DNA of 64,000 bases from Peptococcaceae bacterium BICA1-8 (GTDB lineage Bacteria > Bacillota > Peptococcia > Peptococcales > BICA1-8), in assembly GCA_000802045.1 (NCBI GenBank), contig JUEF01000117.1, forward strand, positions 6,792-70,791, written 5' to 3'. Under the pieces are notes generated by a model. The model made no database searches. It was given only the letters and a program-made list of their open reading frames with translations, and had not been told where the DNA came from. The first letter of the stretch is position 1, and each line of letters starts with the position of its first letter. Shown here one piece after another: positions 28,515-36,581 of the stretch. Position numbers and translations under genes: made by a program.

Positions 28515-30455
28515 ATGAATAAGAGTTGCTATGGCTATAGCGGTAAGATATTAAGAGTTGATTTGACAACGGGAGTTTTTGAAATAGAATCAACAATGAA
28601 ATATGCACATAAGTGGCTTGGACAAAGAGGAATAGGACAGAGCATACTGTATAACGAGCTTAAGCCATCGGTTACACCGTATGAACCGGCCAATAAAGTA
28701 ATAATTGAAACGGGTCCTTTGACCGGCACCTTGGTTCCTGGGGCCAGCAGGTTTTCTATATCGTCAAAAAATGCTTTTAATGGTGGAGTAGGTACAAGTA
28801 GTTGTGGAGGTTTTTTCGGACCAGAGCTTAAATTTGCAGGATATGATTTTGTTATTATTGAGGGCAGAGCACAAATGCCTGTCTTTTTATGGATATACAA
28901 CAACGACATTGTGATAAGAGATGCTAGACACCTTTGGGGAAAGACAACCTGGGAAGCTCAAGATTCTATTAAAGAAGAATTGAAAGATGAACGGGTGCAT
29001 GTAGCTTGTATCGGTCCTGCAGGAGAGAATTTGGCCAGAGGAGCTTGCGTTATTTCAGGAAACAGAGCAGCAGGAAAGTGTGGTATGGGAGGAATTTTTG
29101 GTTCCAAAAATTTGAAGGCCATAGCTGTAAGAGGAACAGGCGCAGTTGAAGTGGCACATCCAGAGAGGTTTATGAAGGCTGTAAACGAAGCTTTTAAGCG
29201 GGAAGAAAGTTCAGAAAGTCTTAAAAAATTATCTGAATATGGTACTATTTCAGGAACAAAAACAAGAAACAAGTACAATAGTCTACCTTATAAAAACTTT
29301 CAAGAAACTCAAATACCGAATGATGTTTTGGAGCAAATGTCTCCTGACATTTATAAAGATAATTATTCTGTTAGAAGCCTAAATTGCATGGCTTGTTCGG
29401 TATCTTGCTGTAAAGCATATTTTATTGATCACGGTCCATACGCGGGCTTGTATAACGAAGGTTTTCACCTCAATACCTTAGCAGATTATGCTGGAAAGTG
29501 TGGAGTGGAATATCCTCCAGCTATTATTAAAGTTCAAGCTCTTTGTAATCAGCTTGGTTTAGACCTGGATGCTTCAGCAGGAGCAATTTCTTGGGCTTTA
29601 GAGTGTTATCAAAGAGGTATACTTACACAGAAGGATACAGATGGCTTGAAGCTTGAATGGGGTAACCATGAGCTTATAGTCCAGCTAATCTGGAAGATTG
29701 CCAATAGAGATGGTTTTGGGAACATACTTGCCGAAGGATGTAAGAAAGCTGCTGAGATAATTGGTAGGGGCAGTGAAGAATATGCAATACATGTCAAAGG
29801 GCAGGAACTATACGAGGAAATTCGTTCGCCTTTAGGCTGGGGGCTTGGTGCTTGTGTTGCCACTAGAGGCGGTGGTCACACCACTGGATCTCCTGCATTT
29901 GAGCTTTATGCAATGGAGAACACAAAAGCAGCCAAGGCTTGGAAAAAACTTCTGGGAATAACTGAAGTTGACCCAATTTCTTATAAGGATAAGCCAGAAA
30001 TTGTTCTTTATTTTGAAAGGGAGCAGGAATTGATTAATTCACTGGGAATCTGTATGACTCACGGTACCTGGCTGGATCCGACATTATTAGGTATTCCGGA
30101 GCTTTGTGAATTGTATTCTGCAGCCACAGGAATTGAAACAACTGAAGAAGAGATGATTGATATTGCCGATAGGATTTTAAATTTAGAAAAAGCTTTTAAC
30201 ATACTGCATGCGGGCTTCACCCGTAAAGATGATTTTCCTCCAGAAAGGTTTTTTAATGAGGAAATAAAAAGTGGACTTTACAAAGGATTTCTAATGTCTA
30301 AAGAGGATTGGGGCAGAATGCTTGACAGGTACTACTACCTTCGCGGGTGGGATCTACAGGCAGGGTTGCCGACTAGGGAGTGTTTAGAAAAACTAGACTT
30401 AGACGATGTTGCAAACGACCTGGAAAGGAACGGTAGGCTTGGAAAGAACAATTGA
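28515..30455 (+). CDS. aor: aldehyde:ferredoxin oxidoreductase (AOR) family tungsto/molybdopterin enzyme
   Basis: AOR N-domain start GKILRVDLTTG, the cluster motif CMACSVSC, and a length of about 645 aa. Confidence 0.85.
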   Translation: MNKSCYGYSGKILRVDLTTGVFEIESTMKYAHKWLGQRGIGQSILYNELKPSVTPYEPANKVIIETGPLTGTLVPGASRFSISSKNAFNGGVGTSSCGGFFGPELKFAGYDFVIIEGRAQMPVFLWIYNNDIVIRDARHLWGKTTWEAQDSIKEELKDERVHVACIGPAGENLARGACVISGNRAAGKCGMGGIFGSKNLKAIAVRGTGAVEVAHPERFMKAVNEAFKREESSESLKKLSEYGTISGTKTRNKYNSLPYKNFQETQIPNDVLEQMSPDIYKDNYSVRSLNCMACSVSCCKAYFIDHGPYAGLYNEGFHLNTLADYAGKCGVEYPPAIIKVQALCNQLGLDLDASAGAISWALECYQRGILTQKDTDGLKLEWGNHELIVQLIWKIANRDGFGNILAEGCKKAAEIIGRGSEEYAIHVKGQELYEEIRSPLGWGLGACVATRGGGHTTGSPAFELYAMENTKAAKAWKKLLGITEVDPISYKDKPEIVLYFEREQELINSLGICMTHGTWLDPTLLGIPELCELYSAATGIETTEEEMIDIADRILNLEKAFNILHAGFTRKDDFPPERFFNEEIKSGLYKGFLMSKEDWGRMLDRYYYLRGWDLQAGLPTRECLEKLDLDDVANDLERNGRLGKNN

Positions 30456-30574
30456 TAGACCGGCTTATGGGTAAGTGGACTGCAGATTAATAAAATAAAA
30501 GCGATAAATAATAATAATTTATTTATCGCTTTTTTGTATGTGAAAAGAGCCTTCCGAGTTGGATTATAGTATTA

Positions 30575-31402
30575 TTAATTATGATCTTGATAAGTACATT
30601 TGAAATTACATTCTGAACATTTTTTCTTCCATCCTTTAAGTGCTTTTTCGCCCTTTATCTTTTTAAGCAAGTCGACTGTCAAATCGATTTGGTTATCGTC
30701 CCCGCACAAAGAGAGTGTTACAGCACCTTCTGAACCACCAACTCCCCCGGAAGCGAGATGTGTAGCAGTAACTCCTGTTAAAAGTTCTAAAGCCTCTATC
30801 TCCGTGATGACTGTACCTTGAGTAACAGCCATATACCCACAACCGCGCCCAAAGGAATATTTAAATTTATCAATGCCGGGTGCCGCCCTAGAGGCTTCTG
30901 TCACCGACTTTATCATTTTTTCTAATCCTACGGGAATTATAAAATGACTGCCCTGAGCGGCAAGAGTAGAGAATGCCAGGCCTAAATTGCCTCCGGTAGG
31001 ATGGGCCAATAAAAAACCTGCATTACCAGCAGCATCTACGGCATTTGCTCCTTTGATGTAAACATCATCGCTACCAAAACCCTTGACAAAGTTTGCCGAT
31101 TCCTCATAGTCCGTTAGGTTTACATCTGGTTCCAGTACTTGTCCTTTATCGATAAGAAAGGATCTTATACTATCGTCGGGAGTTGAGCATTGCCTTCCTA
31201 GGGTCACAACCCCACTTGGAAATTTCCATTTGTCCAGTTCAATATTCAATAGTTCCTCTACTACATATCCTGTTGTAGTTCCACAGGAAATTAATATTTT
31301 GCTGTTTGCTAAAGCTCTTTGTACCCCAGGTTGCTGAACAACTGCTTTGGCTATAAGCCTCTTTGACTCAGCCGGCGTTAAGGTGACTAATATGTTATGA
31401 AT
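30575..31402 (-). CDS. uncharacterised Cys-tailed protein, paralog of 14716..15528; probable non-canonical (ATT/ATA) start
   Basis: The track ORF starts at TTG 31249, but homology to the paralog continues 51 codons upstream (HNILVTLTPAESKRLIAKAV...CGTTTGYV) to an SD GGAGGA at 31409..31414. No in-frame ATG, GTG or TTG lies in that stretch. Confidence 0.65.
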   Translation of the reverse strand: MHNILVTLTPAESKRLIAKAVVQQPGVQRALANSKILISCGTTTGYVVEELLNIELDKWKFPSGVVTLGRQCSTPDDSIRSFLIDKGQVLEPDVNLTDYEESANFVKGFGSDDVYIKGANAVDAAGNAGFLLAHPTGGNLGLAFSTLAAQGSHFIIPVGLEKMIKSVTEASRAAPGIDKFKYSFGRGCGYMAVTQGTVITEIEALELLTGVTATHLASGGVGGSEGAVTLSLCGDDNQIDLTVDLLKKIKGEKALKGWKKKCSECNFKCTYQDHN

Positions 31403-31509
31403 AATAGTTCCTCCTTTACATTTATATTCGATGTTTATATATAATTTTCTAAGATTTGCAGTTCGCCAAGAATCCTTTTATTCCTCCTTGTAAGCTTTCC
31501 TATTTTCAA

Positions 31510-31568
31510 AGGAGTATCTTCCAATCTTATGTTTAAAGCCTAAAGCCCAGAAGAAGGAAAGGACTATC
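31510..31568 (+). mobile_element. solo copy of the 3' end of the IS200-like unit found at 33019..33078
   Basis: AGGAGTATCTTCCAATCTTATGTTTAAAGCCTAAAGCCC... closely matches the last codons (..SPNLIFKA*) and downstream flank of the transposase gene. Confidence 0.6.
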
Positions 31569-31583
31569 GCCTTGCTCCCCATC

Positions 31584-31946
31584 TTATTCTTTTTTACCAC
31601 TTTCAAGCATAGGCCCTAGCACTCCTAATATTACTAACGGCTCTGAGCCAGGATTTTTATAAAAGTGTTTTTCTCCTCCTGGAATATGAACAGCCATTCC
31701 TACCTCTAAAGTTTTGCTTATTTGGTCATTAATTACCAGGATACCTTCCCCTTGTAAGATGAAGTTTACTTGCTCCCACTCATGGGTATGATTTTTAGTA
31801 ATACCACCTGAATTTACCGTAACATAATTTGCATGCAATTGTCTTTCTGGTTCTGCACCAAAAAGTGCTTTATATTCTAATCCGGCAGCACCAAAATCTT
31901 TAACTACCTGTCCTTCTACATTTTGTATATTTATTATAGTAGCCAT
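31584..31946 (-). CDS. cupin domain protein
   Basis: Both cupin motifs are present: G....HTHEWEQ......G and G.AVHIPGGEKH...N. Confidence 0.8.
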   Translation of the reverse strand: MATIINIQNVEGQVVKDFGAAGLEYKALFGAEPERQLHANYVTVNSGGITKNHTHEWEQVNFILQGEGILVINDQISKTLEVGMAVHIPGGEKHFYKNPGSEPLVILGVLGPMLESGKKE

Positions 31947-32202
31947 AAAAATACCTCCCTGAAATTTTAAAATTAAGACCTAAATTCTAAGTTGAGTTAA
32001 AAAACCAAATTAGATTTTTATTTATGAACCTAGGATATATCTTCTATATAGTAACATTTTCATTACATCCTTTCTAGATTATTAATTAAGAAATTTTTTA
32101 TATTGAATATCCACTAAAAAACACTATACAAAGGACTACACATATAGCAGTAGTCTTTTAATTATGAAAATAAAAAACAAGGCTCCTTGAGAGAAGGTTC
32201 AT

Positions 32203-33092
32203 GGGGACGGTTCTCTTGCTTCTGAAGGGTGGGAGTGTTAAAATAGAATAAAAACAAGTTGAGGTGGTAAGTATGCCTCGTGGGGCTAGAGAAAAAAGTT
32301 CGACTGGGATATACCACATAATGATAAGGGGTGCTAATAAACAGGAGATCTTTCATGATGATGAAGATAGATTAAAATTTTTAGTAGCTCTTAAAAAATA
32401 TAAACAAGTTGCAGAAATAGAAGTATATGGTTGGTGTCTGATGGGTAACCACGTTCATTTGATTTTAAAGGAGGGTTTAGAAGACCTTTCTATTACAATG
32501 AAACGTATAGGGGTAAGCTATGTATGGTACTATAACCAGAAATATAAAACAACAGGGCATCTTTTTCAAGATCGATTTAAAAGTGAAACGGTAGAAGTAG
32601 ATAAATATTTATTAATAGTACTAAGATATATTCACCAAAATCCAGTAAAAGCAGGATTAGTAAAAAAGGTTGATGAATGGAAGTGGAGCAGTTGCCTTGG
32701 ATATTATGGTAAAAGCACAATACCTGAGGCATTACTAGATAGTAGTTTTATATTGAATATGTTTGCAGAAGACTGGAATACTGCAAAAAAACGATTTAAG
32801 GAATTTAATCAAATAGAAAATAATGATAAATGCTTAGATGAAGGAACCAATGAAAGAACACGCTTGTCCGATGAAGAAGCAAGACATGAAATTTTAAAGC
32901 TAATTAATGAAACAGATATCGCACAAGTAAAGGGTCTACCAAAGATCCAAAGAGATGAAGTATTACAAAAGGTAAAGGCAATTGATGGAATAACACAAAG
33001 ACAGGCTGCAAGGATTTTAGGAGTATCTCCTAATCTTATATTTAAAGCCTAAAGTCCCCATAAGTAGGAAAGGAAGCGGAAGAACTGTCACC
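32203..33092 (+). mobile_element. IS200-like / REP-associated Y1 transposase unit bounded by imperfect inverted repeats
   Basis: Left repeat GGGGACGGTTCTCTTGCTTC (32203..32222) matches the reverse complement of the right repeat, GGTGACAGTTCTTCCGCTTC (33073..33092), at 15 of 20 positions. Confidence 0.5.
32273..33052 (+). CDS. IS200-like Y1 (HUH) transposase with a C-terminal HTH domain
   Basis: HUH motif NHVHLIL, catalytic Tyr context LRYIHQNPVKAGLV, and a C-terminal HTH (ITQRQAARILGVS). ATG at 32273 follows GAGGTGG. Confidence 0.8.
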   Translation: MPRGAREKSSTGIYHIMIRGANKQEIFHDDEDRLKFLVALKKYKQVAEIEVYGWCLMGNHVHLILKEGLEDLSITMKRIGVSYVWYYNQKYKTTGHLFQDRFKSETVEVDKYLLIVLRYIHQNPVKAGLVKKVDEWKWSSCLGYYGKSTIPEALLDSSFILNMFAEDWNTAKKRFKEFNQIENNDKCLDEGTNERTRLSDEEARHEILKLINETDIAQVKGLPKIQRDEVLQKVKAIDGITQRQAARILGVSPNLIFKA

Positions 33093-33282
33093 TAGCTTTC
33101 ATCTAACGACATAAGAATTTCTATTATTAGATATTTCAAAGTATTAGAGTCCGAAATAGTCTTTCTAATTAGATTACAGTTTGATAATATTTAATTAGCA
33201 ATAAATTTAAATTGAGCTTCTGAGATATATATGGTATAATTTTACAAAATATTCCATAGTGCAAAGAGGACGGGGGCAAAAA

Positions 33283-33666
33283 ATGAGTACAAAAGCCGAA
33301 AAATTATCTGCATATTATATACAAAAATATCCTTTAACTTTTACGGAAGATATTTCTCAAACGGATACAACTTTATCTGAACGTTATGAAGCTGCATGGG
33401 AAATTGCAAAGAAAGCTGCTACGCTCTTAAAAGACAACTATGGTGCCCAAAAAGTAATGGTTTTTGGCTCTTTAATTAACCGTTCCTTATTTACACGTTG
33501 GTCAGATATTGATCTGGCTACATGGGGCATCCCAGATGAAAATTTTTATGCAGCAGTAGGAGCTGTAACAGGTTTAACTACAGTTATTAAAATTGATTTA
33601 GTTGATGGTAACGAGTGTAGGGTTTCCTTGCGTAAAGCTATTGAAGATGAGGGGATAGAAGTATGA
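33283..33666 (+). CDS. mntA: nucleotidyltransferase (MNT-type antitoxin-like)
   Basis: Minimal NTase motif GSLINRS...SDIDLA. Overlaps the next gene by 4 nt (ATGA). Confidence 0.7.
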   Translation: MSTKAEKLSAYYIQKYPLTFTEDISQTDTTLSERYEAAWEIAKKAATLLKDNYGAQKVMVFGSLINRSLFTRWSDIDLATWGIPDENFYAAVGAVTGLTTVIKIDLVDGNECRVSLRKAIEDEGIEV

Positions 33667-34148
33667 ATAAGAAACATCTTGCGCTAGCTGGTAGAGTTCG
33701 CGAAGAATTGTACGAGATAGAGCAGGCTGTTGACCGAATACAAGGTGCTTGGGACCGTGCAAAGCAGTCAGGGGATGAATTTTACTTGGATAGTGTGGCA
33801 TTGAACTTACATAGTTTTTACACCGCCCTTGAGAGAATTTTTGAACTAATTGCGGTGACAGTTGATCAAACCAAACCACAAGGAGAGAACTGGCATCAGG
33901 AGTTGTTGCGTCAAATGGCAGTAGAAATTGAATTTGTACGGCCTGCCGTTATTTCTAGAGAAACAAGAAACATCCTTGATGAATACAGAGGTTTTCGACA
34001 TGTGGTTAGAAATGTATATAGCTTCCATCTCTCCGCTGCTAAAATAGAGCCTTTAGTGAAAAAACTACCGTTATTATATGATTATGCTAACAAGGAAATA
34101 GCAGATTTCCTTATTTTTCTTGAAACTAGAGGCAAGGAAGGAAAATAA
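33663..34148 (+). CDS. hepT: HEPN/HepT-like protein paired with the NTase
   Basis: Predicted helical protein with the segment YRGFRHVVRNVY, translationally coupled to the NTase gene. Confidence 0.55.
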   Translation: MNKKHLALAGRVREELYEIEQAVDRIQGAWDRAKQSGDEFYLDSVALNLHSFYTALERIFELIAVTVDQTKPQGENWHQELLRQMAVEIEFVRPAVISRETRNILDEYRGFRHVVRNVYSFHLSAAKIEPLVKKLPLLYDYANKEIADFLIFLETRGKEGK

Positions 34149-34247
34149 ACTATCTTTTTTAATCCTGGAATAATAACAAAATCAATAAAATCTCTGGGGC
34201 AGGTTAAATAATATTTATTAAAATATTGAAGGTATAGTTATACAAAT

Positions 34248-34305
34248 GAGAAAGAATCCTTGATTTATCAAGGATTCTTTCTCATTATTGGTGCCGAAGG
34301 CCGGA
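34248..34305 (-). other. remnant of the tRNA-Leu 3' end (17 nt) plus its terminator hairpin
   Basis: TGGTGCCGAAGGCCGGA (34289..34305) is identical to 53581..53597. The preceding 16-bp hairpin (34248..34283) parallels the hairpin at 53546..53575 with compensatory changes. Confidence 0.75.
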
Positions 34306-34311
34306 TTACAA

Positions 34312-34321
34312 GGGGGGGGGG
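34312..34321. repeat. G10 homopolymer
   Basis: Ten consecutive G, 6 nt after the tRNA remnant, in an otherwise AT-rich non-coding stretch. Confidence 0.9.
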
Positions 34322-34428
34322 TATCGCGTAAAATTTGATATTAGATGTTCTGGAAGTACTGAAAATAAAGGGTTTTACATATAATACCATTCCGATTTTT
34401 TTATTAAGTTTCAAATTTTTTATTTAGT

Positions 34429-34458
34429 TGTGAGCTTTTTGTGAGCCGTTTGTGAGTC
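34429..34458 (+). repeat. three TGTGAG(C/T)C repeats phased at 11 nt
   Basis: TGTGAGC at 34429, TGTGAGCC at 34440 and TGTGAGTC at 34451. The same motif occurs twice at 53521 and 53532. Confidence 0.7.
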
Positions 34459-35107
34459 TTTATAAGAGCATTAAATAAGGTTAAAGTAGAAGGAATGTCA
34501 TTATTAAAAACAAGATTTAAGTGCTAATAAAGATGCATTTTTGTTTAGAGTAAATTAAATAAAGTACAAAAATTATTAAGAAAAGTAACACAGAACCATG
34601 CTTACAGCGTGCTCGACTGCTGATTTATAAAAGGTGATGATTAATTATGCAATTATTCATCACCTTTTTTCATTCCCATCTAGACCAGCAAAAGAAATAT
34701 GTACCACTTCATATTTGTTGTGGGAGGGTTTTCGAACTGGTTTAATACGATATTATTATGTGCAGATATTTAAGTAACTAAACATATCTATTATATTTAT
34801 ACAATACTTGTTAATGCTCTATTAAAAGGAAGTTTCCACTTTTTAGGCACTTGTCTAAAATTTTCTCTCTAGTCAAAACTCAAAATCTATTAACTATTTC
34901 TCCATCTTCGAAACCATGGTATTTAACTGGAAAAAGTTGATTTACTAAATAGTAGTTATAAGTTAAAAATTTAACAATAAAATATTAATGCACAAAAAAA
35001 TAAAGAGGCTTAAGAATGAAAAAAGAGGGTGTAGTTCTCCTAAAATGAGTTTACTACACCAATAAATTTAATTTTAAAATCTATAAGGACTTCTTTATTA
35101 TTTCCTA

Positions 35108-35902
35108 TCATAGCTGTGCAAAAGGTTGATTTTGTTCCATTAATACTAATCCTCCCGAAATTACCTTTGTTGTAAGTTCATAAGATTCCCCACGGAAACT
35201 AAGAACTGTATACTCTAAAGGTATTTGTGTATCTGATGTTGTTAATCTTTTTAGTTCTAATACGGGACTACGTTTTGATACATTTAACCATTCGGAAATT
35301 TGCTTTGTAGCTAGAGTTGCTCTTACTTTTACCTGTGAATTGCCTAGTTTAAAACCTGCGTTTTTTTGCAGTAACCAGAATAAAGTTTTGACTTTGGCTT
35401 CCTCTTTTGTCCAATTTTCAGCTATTTCGTTAGGAATGTACATTTGTGCAATTGCTAATACAGTATTATTTACTGTAAATTTCCTCGTAAATTTTAAAAC
35501 CAAGTCGTCTTTGGTTATATTGAAACAAGTTTGAACTTCCTTACTTGGGTAAACTAAGTTGTATTCTAATATATCAAGCTTTGTATTAACTCCTTGAGTT
35601 AACAATGATGGGAAAATACATGTCAAATCATTGATGTTTTGTGTTATGAATGGTTTAGTAACGAAAGTACCCATTCCTTGTTTTCTTTCAATCAATCCTT
35701 TTGAAGTAAGGTAATGTGTCGCTTTTCTAACAGTAATCCTGCTAACCTCATATATTTCCATTAATACTTGTTCTGAAGGGATTTTTGACCCCTGTGGATA
35801 TTTTCCAGAGACTATATCATCTTCAATTGCAGTTGCTAATTGGAGATATAGGGGTTGAGGACTATCTTTAACAAGCTTATTTTTCAAATATATACCCTCC
35901 AT
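35108..35902 (-). CDS. GntR-family (HutC/UTRA-type) transcriptional regulator
   Basis: N-terminal wHTH (IPSEQVLMEIYEVSRITVRKATHYLTSKGLIERKQGMGTFV) plus a C-terminal UTRA-like domain. Confidence 0.9.
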   Translation of the reverse strand: MEGIYLKNKLVKDSPQPLYLQLATAIEDDIVSGKYPQGSKIPSEQVLMEIYEVSRITVRKATHYLTSKGLIERKQGMGTFVTKPFITQNINDLTCIFPSLLTQGVNTKLDILEYNLVYPSKEVQTCFNITKDDLVLKFTRKFTVNNTVLAIAQMYIPNEIAENWTKEEAKVKTLFWLLQKNAGFKLGNSQVKVRATLATKQISEWLNVSKRSPVLELKRLTTSDTQIPLEYTVLSFRGESYELTTKVISGGLVLMEQNQPFAQL

Positions 35903-36361
35903 CTATAAATTTAGACTCTCGGCATTCGCATAGGCGCTTTGGCAAGGGTTTCCTTGAACCAACATTATAGCGTTGTTCCATCTTCTAGAGGGAGCAACGC
36001 GTGTTTGGATTAGTGCCAGAGAGACATACTTAACGGTTTTCATTTCTACGTGATTTCCTCCTCGAACAGTCACAATGATTTGCCTCTGTATTCAAGACTG
36101 AAGCAAGATCCAGGCATGATGATGTCAGTCTCGCCGTCAGTTCTTTCAGGAGTTGGGATATCCAGATTTCACCTCTGCCCCAGTCCCATTGGCCTAGAGA
36201 AAATCTAGCAATCTTGATCAGGTAGGACATCGCAAAAGTCGAAATATACGATTTCTTGCGGTGCGCGTTGTTCGTGCACATCACATTACTCCAAAACGAA
36301 GCACTGTCTACCCACTATACAATCGGTTGAAATTTGCTCCTCTTCATTACCCAAAATATAA

Positions 36362-36510
36362 AGTTATAACTAAATAAAATACGTTATATAACCTTATAAT
36401 ATAACAAATTCATTGTACTAATCAACTGAAAATTTAACTTATTTAGAATTAATGAATTATCAGAAAACAATAACAATTGGTATTGACGTAATACGTATTA
36501 TAACGTATTA
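36362..36510. promoter_or_regulatory. cluster of GT-N(4-6)-AC palindromes (candidate GntR operators) and a -35 TTGACG
   Basis: AGTTATAACT (36362..36371), CGTTATATAACC (36382..36393), TAATACGTATTA (36489..36500) plus the half-site TAACGTATTA (36501..36510), and TTGACG at 36483. Confidence 0.45.
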
Positions 36511-36581
36511 TTAAATTGAGAAATTAAATAAAATAGTAAATAAAAAATAGATATAGTGACATATAAAAAGGAAGGATACTT

